IMG/VR virus record: IMGVR_UViG_3300045988_127364
Location: 1 to 49,440 of that record
Length of the DNA: 49,440 nt
Reading direction: 5' to 3' (one strand)
Source: a virus
Shown: positions 1 through 9,308 of the stretch, one piece after another
Layout of the letters: each line of letters begins with the position of its first letter
Position numbering within the stretch: the stretch's first letter is position 1
Notes under the pieces: generated by a model
The model's input: only the letters and a program-made list of their open reading frames with translations
Database searches by the model: none
Told to the model about the DNA's origin: nothing
Made by a program: the position numbers and the translations under genes

Positions 1-53
1 GCTCCCGTGAGGGCACAGACCTGTTTCAGCTTGTCCTCGTCGCTAAGCATGTT

Positions 54-1091
54 CTAAGCGACGCCCGGGGTGACGAGCTTCATGAACGGGATGGCGCGGT
101 GATCGCTGTAGGCCAGCGACCAGTTGCCTGCGGTGGCGAGCTGGGCGTCGGTCGGCGAGATGACGGGGTTGCCCTTGTTCGGGTTGCTTGCGCCGGTCTC
201 CTTGGGGGCGGTGAAGTTGAAGCCGTTGGGGTGGATGGCCTCGCGCAGACGGTAGCCGAGGTAGCTGGTGCCGCCACGCTTAAGCTCGTCGCGGCCGTTG
301 AACACGGGGCGTGCGACGCCGATGTCGGCATAGCGGAATGCGCCCTCGCCGAACAGGTAGGTCGTGTAGGTCGCGGCCTTGGCGGACTCGCCGGAGGTCG
401 CGGCGGTGTGCGGCATCTCGTCGGTCACGAGGACGGTAAGGCCGTTGACCTGGTAGACGTTGAGGTCGGTGGTCACGCCGTTGGGGTCGGTGTACTTGAG
501 GTAGTCCACGCGCTCCATGTCCTCGAAGGCCTGTGCCACGGAGGAGTGCATGAGGGCGAGCTTGACGGTGGACTTGTTGTCGCCGTAGACCTTCTGGGCG
601 GCGTCGGACAGCGTGGTGGCGGTTAGCTGGTCGACGGTGACGGTGTGGTCAGCCATGCCCTTGGCGCCGATGGCGGCCTCGGCGATTCCGGCGAGGCGCT
701 TGTTGCGCTTGGTCTGGCGCCACTTCGCGGCACGGGCGGCGATGGCGGCCATGGGGTTGGCGGTGGTGAAGTCCTGCGGGAAGTCGTCGGCGTACCAGCC
801 GTGGGCGCGGCCGTAGACGTAACCGGTCTGCGAGCTGGCTCCGATGGTGGACAGGGTGATGTCGGTCACGCCATCGTAGTTCTGCTCGTCGGCCTCGTCG
901 AGGGCGTTGTAGAACGGGATGGTGAACTGGTTTCCGGCGTTGACCTTGGACTTGATAAGCGGGTCGTCGACCATGATGCCCGAGGTCACGAGGACGTTCT
1001 TGACAAGGTCAGGCTCGTCCTGGTAGTCGGCGAAGAAAATGTCCTCGTCGAACGGGAAGGTCTTGTCGGCCATGTAGAGTTTGCCAGCCAT
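54..1091 (-). CDS. major capsid protein
   Basis: 345-aa ORF immediately downstream of the scaffold gene in the terL-portal-scaffold-capsid order; product call rests on position and size. Confidence 0.65.
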   Translation of the reverse strand: MAGKLYMADKTFPFDEDIFFADYQDEPDLVKNVLVTSGIMVDDPLIKSKVNAGNQFTIPFYNALDEADEQNYDGVTDITLSTIGASSQTGYVYGRAHGWYADDFPQDFTTANPMAAIAARAAKWRQTKRNKRLAGIAEAAIGAKGMADHTVTVDQLTATTLSDAAQKVYGDNKSTVKLALMHSSVAQAFEDMERVDYLKYTDPNGVTTDLNVYQVNGLTVLVTDEMPHTAATSGESAKAATYTTYLFGEGAFRYADIGVARPVFNGRDELKRGGTSYLGYRLREAIHPNGFNFTAPKETGASNPNKGNPVISPTDAQLATAGNWSLAYSDHRAIPFMKLVTPGVA

Positions 1092-1102
1092 TTAATGCCT
1101 TT

Positions 1103-1681
1103 CTAAGAGAGGTTCTTCCATGCGTCGGGGTTCTGCTGCTTCCAAGCGATCTGCTCGGTGTCGCTCATAGCCCTGAACTGCTTCTTGGTCGTAATCGCGC
1201 CGTTGCCCTCGTTGCCGCCCTGCGGCTGCGGCATCCCAGCCAGCGCCTGCTTCTTGGCGTCGTCTGCTGCGGCCTTGGCCTTCGCGGACACGACGTCGGC
1301 GATCGCCTTTGCGGCTGCGGTCGTCTCGTCGCGGGTGCCGCCGATGACGGAGCCGATGAACGGCTTGTACTCGTCCTCGGACATGCCAGCGCCTGCGAAA
1401 ACCGCCGCTGCGGTGGCCTCGTTGAGGTCGCGGAGGGCCTGCTTCGCCGTGGCGTTTGCGGCGTCGAGCTGCTTCTGCCACTGCTCGTCTGCCGTGAGGT
1501 TCTTGTTGGCCTCGTCCTCAAGGGACGAAATCTTGCCGTTTGCCTCCTCAAGCTGGGCTTTCAGCGTTTCGATTGCGGCCTTCCCGGCGTTGACGTCCTC
1601 GCCGTTGGCCCGCATGATCGCGTCGATTACCTCCTTGGAGGCACCTTCGCCGAGCAGGGACTTGAGCTGGTCACGATTCAT
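1103..1681 (-). CDS. capsid scaffolding protein
   Basis: 192 aa, Ala/Glu/Lys-rich with coiled-coil character; sits between portal and capsid. Confidence 0.55.
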   Translation of the reverse strand: MNRDQLKSLLGEGASKEVIDAIMRANGEDVNAGKAAIETLKAQLEEANGKISSLEDEANKNLTADEQWQKQLDAANATAKQALRDLNEATAAAVFAGAGMSEDEYKPFIGSVIGGTRDETTAAAKAIADVVSAKAKAAADDAKKQALAGMPQPQGGNEGNGAITTKKQFRAMSDTEQIAWKQQNPDAWKNLS

Positions 1682-3277
1682 TTAGTTGCTTTCCTTTCCT
1701 TGGCTACGCTTTGATGACGGGGGTCGCGTCCCCTTGCCTGCGGCGCTGACGCTGCCGCCTGCGGACTCGCCGGGTTTCCCGGCATTGCTATCTGCACCGG
1801 AGTCGTCTCCGGGGTTGACCGATTTGGCCTGTGCCAGCTCCACCTGGCGCTGCGCCTGCTCGTCCGCGTAGGACTTCGACAGGTCGTATGCCGTCTCGGG
1901 GTCTGGGAACATGCCGCAGTACTCGAACGCGAGTCGCGGATGTACCTTGCCGCAGCCGAGGATGGTCGAGAGCACCTGCGCCTTGGACTGGATTGCCTCG
2001 TAATTTCGGCGCGTGAACTTGATGTCGACGTCGCGCGGCCTGAGTCCGAGGCTGATTGAGGTGTCCAGGATGGTTGCGACGGCCTGCAGGAACAGGCGCT
2101 CGCCGCGCTTGAAGTGGACCTCGGTCTCCTTGCAGCGGCTCTCGCTGTTCGACCAGCCGTCGCGCATGGTGACGGCGGCTCCAGTGTCCGAAGTGGAGCC
2201 GGAGCCGCCGACGTTGAAGGGCATACCGCAGATGGAGAGCGCGGTCTTGTAGAGCGCGTCCACGAGCGTCTGGGTCTGGTCCTGGTTGAGTTCGGAGGTC
2301 AACATCTGCACCGATGCCTTGTTCTCGTCCGTGGAGCGGATTTGCAGGCACCCCATCTCCATGAGCTTCTTGAAGCCCGTTTCGGCGTCATCGTCCTCGA
2401 ACTCGACGTTCTCCAGCACGAGCAGCGCCTGCACGAACTGGGCGATGGCGTCGACTCGGTTGGACTCGATTTCGTTGATTGCGTCCAATAGACTCAGGAC
2501 CGCCTCGAAAACACCCATGCGCTCGGAGTTGGCGTCGTACTCGATGATGGGCACCATGCCGAGCGGATTCGCGGCCGTCTTAACGGAGTCGCTGTCGACC
2601 GTGAATACGAGTCGGTCGGTGTAGACGCTGTAAATGGGTTCGTTGGTCACGTCATCGCGTACGTAAGTGACGGCGTACAGCGGCTCGTGGAACGCGTCGT
2701 TGGTGTAGACCACGAACGTCCTGCGCGGGTCGAGCGACGCGACCTTGAAGGGCTGCTCGTCGTCGATGGACTTGCCGTCTGCCGAGTTCGGGAGCACGAG
2801 CCTGTAGCCGACGCCGCACACGCACATCCACTGGACAATCTCCATGTCGCAGGCATGCTTGTCGGCGGCGATGCAGAAGTCGTTGAGCTGCTGGACCTTG
2901 TGGCTCAGCTCGTCGTTTACCTGCTCGACGTCCTCGCAGTCCTTGGAGGAGCCATGCGCACTGTAGGCGATAGGCTCCCCGGCAAGCGAGTCGGCGCGGT
3001 CCTTGGCGATCTGGTACGCCCTGTTCTCCAGGACGATGTTCTTGATTTCGGGACGGACTTCCTTCTTGCGGTCGATGACCGGCTGGTACCCGAGGAAGTA
3101 CCTCCACAGGTAGTCGATGTCGGAGGAGTTGCAGCCGTGGACCATCGTCGAGCGGTCCAGCACCTCGCGCACGTTCGCGGCGGTGATGTTCTGCTCGACG
3201 CACACGATACGGCGCCTGCCGTGGAGCAGGGTGCTCTGGATGCCCTTGTTTTCAGATTCGCTGTAGTTCTCAGCCAA
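1682..3277 (-). CDS. portal protein
   Basis: 531 aa with acidic C-terminus; directly downstream of terL and upstream of the scaffold; SPP1 gp6-like portal position. Confidence 0.75.
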   Translation of the reverse strand: MAENYSESENKGIQSTLLHGRRRIVCVEQNITAANVREVLDRSTMVHGCNSSDIDYLWRYFLGYQPVIDRKKEVRPEIKNIVLENRAYQIAKDRADSLAGEPIAYSAHGSSKDCEDVEQVNDELSHKVQQLNDFCIAADKHACDMEIVQWMCVCGVGYRLVLPNSADGKSIDDEQPFKVASLDPRRTFVVYTNDAFHEPLYAVTYVRDDVTNEPIYSVYTDRLVFTVDSDSVKTAANPLGMVPIIEYDANSERMGVFEAVLSLLDAINEIESNRVDAIAQFVQALLVLENVEFEDDDAETGFKKLMEMGCLQIRSTDENKASVQMLTSELNQDQTQTLVDALYKTALSICGMPFNVGGSGSTSDTGAAVTMRDGWSNSESRCKETEVHFKRGERLFLQAVATILDTSISLGLRPRDVDIKFTRRNYEAIQSKAQVLSTILGCGKVHPRLAFEYCGMFPDPETAYDLSKSYADEQAQRQVELAQAKSVNPGDDSGADSNAGKPGESAGGSVSAAGKGTRPPSSKRSQGKESN

Positions 3278-3411
3278 CTTATCTCCGCTTCTCGCTCGAT
3301 GCTGGCTGGCCGGAAGGAAGGAGGTGAAAACGGCCAGCCAACAGCGATTCGATGGGGATTGCGCCCCTATTGGGAGATGTTCGGTTCGGTGCCGAAAACC
3401 TTCGTGCCGGA

Positions 3412-5064
3412 TTAGAACGGCCTCTTGGTGACTCGCGCCCTCGCGCGTCGCGACTTGCTCAGGAAGTCGGCGAGCATCGACAGCGCGTCCGGCGCGTCGT
3501 CGTGCTGGTTCTTGCCGTCGAGCACGTAAGAGGTGATTTGGCCCATGGCGATCGAGTAGTCGGAACCCGGCTCATAGAGCGTCGTGTCCCTGAAAACGCA
3601 GTTGTCGATTACCCACGTCGAGCTTGCGAGGATTCGGGTCTCCTTGTTCGACCCGGTGTACTTCTTGGAGACGGCACACAGCGTTCCCTTCTCCTTGAGC
3701 ATGTCGGCGACATCCTCGGCGACCTTGCCGCCCGCCGCGTTCGACTCGAAGCGAGCCTGCTGGACGCCGTATTTGTCGATGAAGTTGACCAGACGCTGAT
3801 TCACGGTATTCGGGGCTGAGTGGTCGCACAGGAAGTCGACGATGAACCACTTATCGGAGCCACGCCACTGCGCGGCGATGGGCATGGCGCAGTAGTCCTC
3901 TCCGGCGCCCTTGGTGTCGACGACGGCCATGACACGGTCAGGCTCCCCTGCTGGCAGCTCAAGATAGCGCTCCAAAGAGTCGGGGCTGTACAGCTGCCCC
4001 TCGCGGACGAACGGCGTGCCGTCGTACTTGGCGGCATAGGTCGCGCTGTCGGTGGTGCGCTGCATGTCGAGGTAGTACTTGCGGTCGAACCCGACGCCGT
4101 ACAGGTAGTCGAAGTTGCTCTCGCCGGAGATGGGGTCGAGAGCCGGGATTGTCAGGATGTGGAACCCGCTCTCGCCCTCGTGGAGGCGCGTCATGCGGCC
4201 GATGGGGTCGTTCACGTCCCAGCGCGTGCCGACCATGAGCTGCCTGGAGCCAGTCTTGCGGCGGTCGTAGCACTGGTTGATGTAGGCATCCCACTTGCCC
4301 TGCAGTCGGCGCGGGGACATGGCCTCCTCCAGGTCCTTGACCAAGTCGTCGGCATAGAGCCAGCCGCCCTCGCCGACCTCGACGGCGCCCGTCAGGGTGC
4401 CCTCGACCGATCGGCAGGTGCATGTCGGGTAGGCCCCGTGCTTCTTGAGCGAGAAGGCCTCGTCCTCCGAGGACTGCCACACGAGCGGCGAGTCTGGGAA
4501 AACCTCTGAGAACCGGTACTCCGGGTCGATTACGAACTGGAGGCACTGCTGGTAGAAGTGCTTGGTCAGCTTGTCCGAGTGCGCCGTCATCAGGTTTGAG
4601 TGGAGCGGGTCGCGCCCGAGGTGCCAGACCATTGCCATGGAGCAGTTGGACGATTTTCCAGTACGCGGAGGCATGGACACGCTCAGGAACTCCGCGTTCG
4701 GGTCCGTCTCGAACCACTGCAGCTCCTGATAGAGACGCCACAGCTGCTTTCGCCTGGGGAGCCAGAGCCTGCTGTCCGGGGTTCGGTCGATTTCCATCGC
4801 CTGCGCGAACGAGTCGAAGTCCCACTTGCCGTCGAGCGTCAGCAGGTCGCGGTGCGCCTCCATGAGGGCCGAAATGCCATCGACGTCTGCCCAGCCGCCG
4901 CGCATTGCGGCAATCACGGCGTCGAGAGACGCTTTCAGGGCGTCGTGCTCGTCAGTCCCGTCATGCCTGCGCTGGCGCTGCATGGACACGAGGTCGCGGT
5001 AGGCGCCTATGTCCCTCGGGTTCAGTGAGATGTAGTTGAGTATGTTCCTGGTGAGTGCATCCAT
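3412..5064 (-). CDS. terminase large subunit
   Basis: Walker A-like PRTGKS in the N-terminal ATPase; C-terminal nuclease-like region (GTRWDVNDPIGRM). The ORF track extends to a GTG at 5136, but that lies inside a terminator hairpin, so the ATG at 5064 is preferred. Start is uncertain. Confidence 0.85.
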   Translation of the reverse strand: MDALTRNILNYISLNPRDIGAYRDLVSMQRQRRHDGTDEHDALKASLDAVIAAMRGGWADVDGISALMEAHRDLLTLDGKWDFDSFAQAMEIDRTPDSRLWLPRRKQLWRLYQELQWFETDPNAEFLSVSMPPRTGKSSNCSMAMVWHLGRDPLHSNLMTAHSDKLTKHFYQQCLQFVIDPEYRFSEVFPDSPLVWQSSEDEAFSLKKHGAYPTCTCRSVEGTLTGAVEVGEGGWLYADDLVKDLEEAMSPRRLQGKWDAYINQCYDRRKTGSRQLMVGTRWDVNDPIGRMTRLHEGESGFHILTIPALDPISGESNFDYLYGVGFDRKYYLDMQRTTDSATYAAKYDGTPFVREGQLYSPDSLERYLELPAGEPDRVMAVVDTKGAGEDYCAMPIAAQWRGSDKWFIVDFLCDHSAPNTVNQRLVNFIDKYGVQQARFESNAAGGKVAEDVADMLKEKGTLCAVSKKYTGSNKETRILASSTWVIDNCVFRDTTLYEPGSDYSIAMGQITSYVLDGKNQHDDAPDALSMLADFLSKSRRARARVTKRPF

Positions 5065-5114
5065 GCCGCATAGGGTCGCGGCGGCGCGGATTCCGCTCGT
5101 GCGGCAAAGAAAAA

Positions 5115-5141
5115 GCCCCGCAGGGTAAATCCCCACGGGGC
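5115..5141 (-). terminator. rho-independent terminator downstream of the recombinase gene
   Basis: Plus strand gccccg-15 nt loop-cggggc; on the minus strand it is followed by TTTTTCTTT. Confidence 0.45.
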
Positions 5142-5147
5142 TTGCGT

Positions 5148-5744
5148 CTAGACTTCAAGCTCTCCTGAATCGATCAGTCGGCGCCTTATCTTCGTGTAGG
5201 TGCTCACGCCTATGCCGAGCTGCGCGCAGGCGTCGCGCCGCTTCTCCTTCCTGGCCTTCACCAGCGCCACATGGCGCTTGAACTCGTCAACGTCCACCTC
5301 GGCGGGCGGCCTGCCCTCGCGCCAGCCCGGTTTCTGCCTGGCGACGGCCTTGCCCTCCGCCGTGCGCTGGGCGATCATATCGCGCTCGAACTCGGCCATG
5401 GCGAACATGACGGAGACCATCATCTTGCCGACGGGCGTGTTGTCCAAGGTGCCCATGTTGAGCACGCGGACAGTAACTCCCCTGTCGAGGAGCGACCTCA
5501 CGACCTCGCAGCCTCCGGTGACGGTACGCGCGATTCGGTCGAGCTTGGTCACTACCAGCGTGTCGCCGTCTTGCAGGCGCTCCAGAAGGGCGTCGAACTC
5601 CGGTCGGTCGGTCGTGGTGCCCGTGAAAGCCTCCTGCACTATCTCGGTGCAGCCAGCCTCCAACAGCGACTCATGCTGTGCGTCTAGCGAGTTTCCGTCC
5701 CTGAGCTGCCCTTTCGTTGACACTCGGGCGTAACCGTAAATCAT
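5148..5744 (-). CDS. serine recombinase (resolvase/invertase family, small)
   Basis: N-terminal GYARVSTKGQ catalytic-serine motif; 198 aa with a C-terminal HTH-like region (resolvase/invertase size). Confidence 0.85.
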   Translation of the reverse strand: MIYGYARVSTKGQLRDGNSLDAQHESLLEAGCTEIVQEAFTGTTTDRPEFDALLERLQDGDTLVVTKLDRIARTVTGGCEVVRSLLDRGVTVRVLNMGTLDNTPVGKMMVSVMFAMAEFERDMIAQRTAEGKAVARQKPGWREGRPPAEVDVDEFKRHVALVKARKEKRRDACAQLGIGVSTYTKIRRRLIDSGELEV

Positions 5745-5827
5745 CTAAAATACTCCTAGTATCAGCCACTCAGCGCAAAGAAGTGGCGGCAGGCCGTGAA
5801 CGCGAGCACGCGGCCTGCCATTCTCCC

Positions 5828-6058
5828 CTACTGACAGTCCAATACGTGAGAGCCGTCCGGCAGTCTCGACCCCACGGGCACCAGCGCCAGCTTGTATCCG
5901 AGCGGTCCCAGGTACTTCGAGGCCGTCGAGAGCGTCGGGTTGCCGTCCTTGAGCGAGCAGGACAGCGAACCCTGCGCTATGCCGATTACTGCCGCCAGCT
6001 CCCGCTGGGTGTATCCGCGCGATTTCATTATTTGCCTGTATGCGTCCGAGTAGTTCAT
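5828..6058 (-). CDS. XRE-family HTH transcriptional regulator
   Basis: 76 aa from an internal ATG with a strong GGAAGGAGA RBS; HTH segment YTQRELAAVIGIAQGSLS; directly upstream of the recombinase. Confidence 0.6.
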   Translation of the reverse strand: MNYSDAYRQIMKSRGYTQRELAAVIGIAQGSLSCSLKDGNPTLSTASKYLGPLGYKLALVPVGSRLPDGSHVLDCQ

Positions 6059-6260
6059 GGTTTCTCCTTCCGTTACCGACAATATATGGTATTCCCGTTC
6101 GTCTGTAAAGGCCTTTTTGTTTTTTTCGGCGGTCGGAGAGCTTAGTAGCGGGGTTGCCTGGGATCGGAAAAACTGCCCGGTACCCTGCTTATTGCAGGTG
6201 TTATAGTGGAACGTGTCGAGCGGCAAGCCACAAACTCAACGGTTTACAGCTCGACAACAT

Positions 6261-6378
6261 TGAACGGTTATCGCCTATATCTATAAGGAGTGAAAAACGA
6301 TAAACGGCGATGATTGAACGGCTATAGCCTATATAGCCAACGATGAACGGTTAGAGCCTATATCTATAAGGAGGATCA
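6261..6378 (+). repeat. three direct repeats sharing a TGAACGG(T/C)TA..GCCTATAT core
   Basis: A at 6261-6290 and C at 6344-6374 are near-identical 30-bp repeats. B at 6314-6337 is a partial copy with the palindrome GGCTATAGCC. C supplies the AAGGAGG RBS for the ATG at 6385. Confidence 0.6.
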
Positions 6379-6384
6379 GCAGCT

Positions 6385-6681
6385 ATGAGGTATATAGCCA
6401 GACACTTGGACGGCGAAGAGGTTACGTTTGTATCCAGGGCTACTGCTGCATATGGACTAGCTAGGGTCGGGTTGCACGCGCTCAGGGTCGATATTAACGT
6501 CGTTAGCCACTACAACGCCGCGTATATAAAGGACCTTACAAGCACGGGCATTGATAGAACTACTGCCGTTTACCTCGCGGCGATGCAGTTTGAGTGTTTG
6601 GAAGTGTACGAGTTTTCGCCGTATTTCGGCCGTTCGCCCAAGCCGATAACGTTTGAGTTTGACGCAAACGTTTTTTACTAG
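6385..6681 (+). CDS. hypothetical protein
   Basis: 98-aa ORF with a strong RBS from repeat C; first gene of the plus-strand cassette. Confidence 0.5.
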   Translation: MRYIARHLDGEEVTFVSRATAAYGLARVGLHALRVDINVVSHYNAAYIKDLTSTGIDRTTAVYLAAMQFECLEVYEFSPYFGRSPKPITFEFDANVFY

Positions 6682-6745
6682 ACATAAAAACGGCCCGCGC
6701 GACGGTACTCGCACGGGCCACGGTACAGAATGGAGAACTGATACC

Positions 6746-7144
6746 ATGAGCAACGATACCACCAACCAGCTGCAGGAGCAAACGGACCATATCGCCGATA
6801 TGCTGGTAGCAGCATACGAGGACCGTCTTTACACCGACGAGTTCGGCAACATGGAAGTGCTTGACGACGGCGACGAACTGCCGGACGACTGCGACCCCGT
6901 GGGACTCGTCGAGTACCTGGGCGACTGCTACGACGTTACTGCTACGGTAAACATGAGCGACCGCAACGTTCCAACTGGCTATCGCATTATGATAGCCTGC
7001 GGCGGTCCAAACGTATACGTCGACACAAACGACTGCGAGGTGCAAGGGTTTTGGTGGACGGACCGCGCCGTTTCGTATATCCCTAGCGAAGTATGCAGCG
7101 CTATCGACGACGAGTTTACAGAGCTTTATTGGGGGCGCTATTAA
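6746..7144 (+). CDS. hypothetical acidic protein
   Basis: 132 aa from an internal ATG with GGAGA RBS; very Asp/Glu-rich. Confidence 0.5.
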   Translation: MSNDTTNQLQEQTDHIADMLVAAYEDRLYTDEFGNMEVLDDGDELPDDCDPVGLVEYLGDCYDVTATVNMSDRNVPTGYRIMIACGGPNVYVDTNDCEVQGFWWTDRAVSYIPSEVCSAIDDEFTELYWGRY

Positions 7145-7369
7145 ATGGGCCCCGTTCACACCGTTCCACTAGTTCCCAACGTTCGCGCGGCCGTATACGC
7201 CACGGCCGCGCCCGGCCGCTACCTAATAGCCGTCCAGGAGTGCCACGGCGGTATCTGGGAGACAGCAGGCGACGCCGGTACAACGTCGGTCGACCCGTTC
7301 GACGACGTTGCAATTTACTCAATCTGTTTTTTCATGTTCTCCGGCTACTGGGAGGATCAGAATGATTAA
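7145..7369 (+). CDS. hypothetical protein
   Basis: 74-aa ORF contiguous with its neighbours. Confidence 0.35.
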   Translation: MGPVHTVPLVPNVRAAVYATAAPGRYLIAVQECHGGIWETAGDAGTTSVDPFDDVAIYSICFFMFSGYWEDQND

Positions 7370-7925
7370 CACGTATCAGCTAACGCCGTTATACCGTGTC
7401 GCCGTCGATTACGACTGCGGCCCGCAGGACCCGCCGTCGCACCTGCTGGATACCGTTTTTTATGAGGTCGCATCATGCCAAAACCTCGACATACACGAGG
7501 GCACGCCCGCCGTTATCGCCGCGCTGGAGGGCGTCGAGGGGGCCGTCAACGATTACGATTACGACAGCGCCGACAGCGTCGCCGCAGCGCTTATAAAGCA
7601 CCTGGAGCGCCACGGCTATAAGGCCGTATACCGTACGTTTGCAGGCGTTTGCCCGTCTGACTGGTGCGACGCGGTCGCAGCTGTCCGCACCAGTGAGGGC
7701 GTAGCGCTCGACGCCGCCGTTAGTGACTGGGAGCGTTGGTTCGATAACGATTATTACGTCATAACGCTGCAGCGCCGCCACGTATGGCACGACGCCGCCG
7801 GGGATACCCTCGAAACGTGGGACGACGTCGACGCGCTGTACGGCGTCGCGCTTGACGACGCGTACAACTGCGACGAGGTGGCACGCGCCGCCCGTTACTA
7901 TTTCGACGTCGAGGAGGCGGCATAA
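7362..7925 (+). CDS. hypothetical acidic protein
   Basis: 187 aa from an ATG with GGGAGG RBS; highly acidic. Confidence 0.5.
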   Translation: MINTYQLTPLYRVAVDYDCGPQDPPSHLLDTVFYEVASCQNLDIHEGTPAVIAALEGVEGAVNDYDYDSADSVAAALIKHLERHGYKAVYRTFAGVCPSDWCDAVAAVRTSEGVALDAAVSDWERWFDNDYYVITLQRRHVWHDAAGDTLETWDDVDALYGVALDDAYNCDEVARAARYYFDVEEAA

Positions 7926-8038
7926 TGCTATTTGAGCTTGCCAAAACGTCAACCTGGTACGCGTACTGGTTAGGCGTTGCCGTTGGCGTTGCAGCGTGCG
8001 CCGTTGTCGCCGTCGTTTTTTCAATCCTCAATAACTAG
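7925..8038 (+). CDS. small hydrophobic peptide (37 aa)
   Basis: TAATG stop/start overlap with the upstream gene; single predicted TM helix. Too short for the ORF track. Confidence 0.3.
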   Translation: MLFELAKTSTWYAYWLGVAVGVAACAVVAVVFSILNN

Positions 8039-8050
8039 GAGGTGTAGCCC

Positions 8051-8143
8051 GTGCGAAACGTCTTTATCTACCTGCTAGCGTTGGCGTTGGCCCCCGTTAT
8101 CCTGCCCGTTATCGTTTTGGTTTTCCTACTCAAATACAACTAG
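8051..8143 (+). CDS. small hydrophobic peptide (30 aa, GTG start)
   Basis: GGAGGTG RBS; entirely hydrophobic; followed by a terminator. Confidence 0.3.
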   Translation: MRNVFIYLLALALAPVILPVIVLVFLLKYN

Positions 8144-8148
8144 CCAAA

Positions 8149-8178
8149 CGGTCCCGGCGTTTGTCGGGGCCGTTTTTT
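8149..8178 (+). terminator. rho-independent terminator of the plus-strand cassette
   Basis: cggtcccg-8 nt loop-cggggccg (one G:U pair) followed by TTTTTT. Confidence 0.55.
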
Positions 8179-8179
8179 A

Positions 8180-8720
8180 TGCCCTTGCAACGGCTCACGG
8201 CCTACACCGTGGGCCGTTTTTCGTTTCTGATCCTCGTTACCAGTGCCACGACCGCTCCTATATCCGCGCGTCGTTTGTGTTCAACCTATGGAGGCCGTCC
8301 ATACCGGGCAACGCTCGACGCCGGGCACAACGGGCCACGTTCTAGCCCGTTTCTAGGGCGATTCTAGCCCAGTTTTTACGCCCGTGGCACTGCTACCCCG
8401 CTCGCGTTTTTACGCCCGTTTTTGGGGCATTGTAGCGCCCCGTACGGGCATACCAGACGCGGCCCGTGCGCGCTGATATAGCAGGTCAAACCACCAAAAC
8501 GCCCGCGATCGGGCCAAAACTGCGGACACGGAAAACGGCCGTTCCCCAGCCAGTTTGCGCCATAGCCAGAAAGCCAGAACCAGAAAACCCTATAGTGCAC
8601 GCGAAAGTCGTGACAGTCGCGGCGCCCAGGCGGATTTTCCTCCCTTAGTGGCTGCGAAAGTCGTGACAGCCCTATAGTGGCCGCGAAAGTCGTTAGTGGC
8701 CCCGAAAGTCGCACAAAAAA
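8180..8720. repeat. non-coding iteron-rich region (candidate cos/pac or origin)
   Basis: No credible ORF. Direct repeats TTCTAG(C/G)(C/G)C x3 near 8340-8370; GTTTTTACGCCCGT x2; CCCTATAGTG..CGCGAAAGTCGT x2 plus two more GAAAGTCG copies; palindrome GCCCGTACGGGC. Confidence 0.5.
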
Positions 8721-8751
8721 AGACCCCTCTGCGTTTATTGCAGGGGGGTCT
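8721..8751. terminator. bidirectional rho-independent terminator
   Basis: 12-bp GC-rich stem agacccctctgc/gcaggggggtct with loop gtttatt, flanked by an A-tract and a T-tract, immediately 3' of terS. Confidence 0.55.
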
Positions 8752-8759
8752 TTCGCTTT

Positions 8760-9308
8760 CTAGTCGCTCGGCGGCAGCTCCTCGACCTTCTCGATCGTCA
8801 CGTCCTCGGCTGGCAGCGCGGCCATGTACTTGGCCTCCAGCTCGGCCTTGGTAGGCCCCTGAGCTGCATCTTCGTGCTTGATGACCGTCTGGGACTCGTC
8901 CCTGTAGCCGAAATTGTTCTTACCGAGAAAGATTCCTGTTACCGGGTTGCGGTAGCCGTTATTCTGCATCGCCGATTCCCAAGAAACTTCCAAACTTTGC
9001 AAAATATTTTTGAGCACCACGGCGGATTCGGTGCTCAGCATCTTATCCAGCCTAGTCCTCTTGCCCTTCGCCCAGTCCATGACGTCACTGCGTGTCATGC
9101 CGAAGCTCTGGCACATGCCGCTCACAAGAATCTTGGAATCGTGGCGCTCGCACAGGTCGCAGTAGTCCTCGAACCTAGCCATCAGCTGCTCCGGGTCGCT
9201 CACATCGATGGTGGGCCACCTGATAAGCTCCCTGATCATGCTGATCGTCTCGCTGTTGTTCGCAGGCGTCTGCGTGTTCGGGCTGTTCCCGTACCTTCCC
9301 TGCGTCAT
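8760..9308 (-). CDS. putative terminase small subunit
   Basis: 182-aa ORF just downstream of the ArpU-like late activator, in the position where terS is expected. The call rests on position and size. Confidence 0.5.
   Translation of the reverse strand: MTQGRYGNSPNTQTPANNSETISMIRELIRWPTIDVSDPEQLMARFEDYCDLCERHDSKILVSGMCQSFGMTRSDVMDWAKGKRTRLDKMLSTESAVVLKNILQSLEVSWESAMQNNGYRNPVTGIFLGKNNFGYRDESQTVIKHEDAAQGPTKAELEAKYMAALPAEDVTIEKVEELPPSD

Noticed and set aside
80-4825. Numerous Arg/Ala/Pro-rich ORFs overlapping the structural genes on either strand (for example 80-331, 1092-1481, 1165-1551, 2652-3203, 3959-4825)
   Set aside because: Low-complexity alternate-frame read-throughs typical of high-GC DNA; they overlap well-supported genes entirely.
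6059-6384. Invertible promoter (Hin/Gin-style switch) controlled by the adjacent serine recombinase
   Set aside because: The repeats at 6261 and 6344 are direct, not inverted, and no inverted partner copy was found near 8150-8760. Kept only as a low-probability idea within the island finding.
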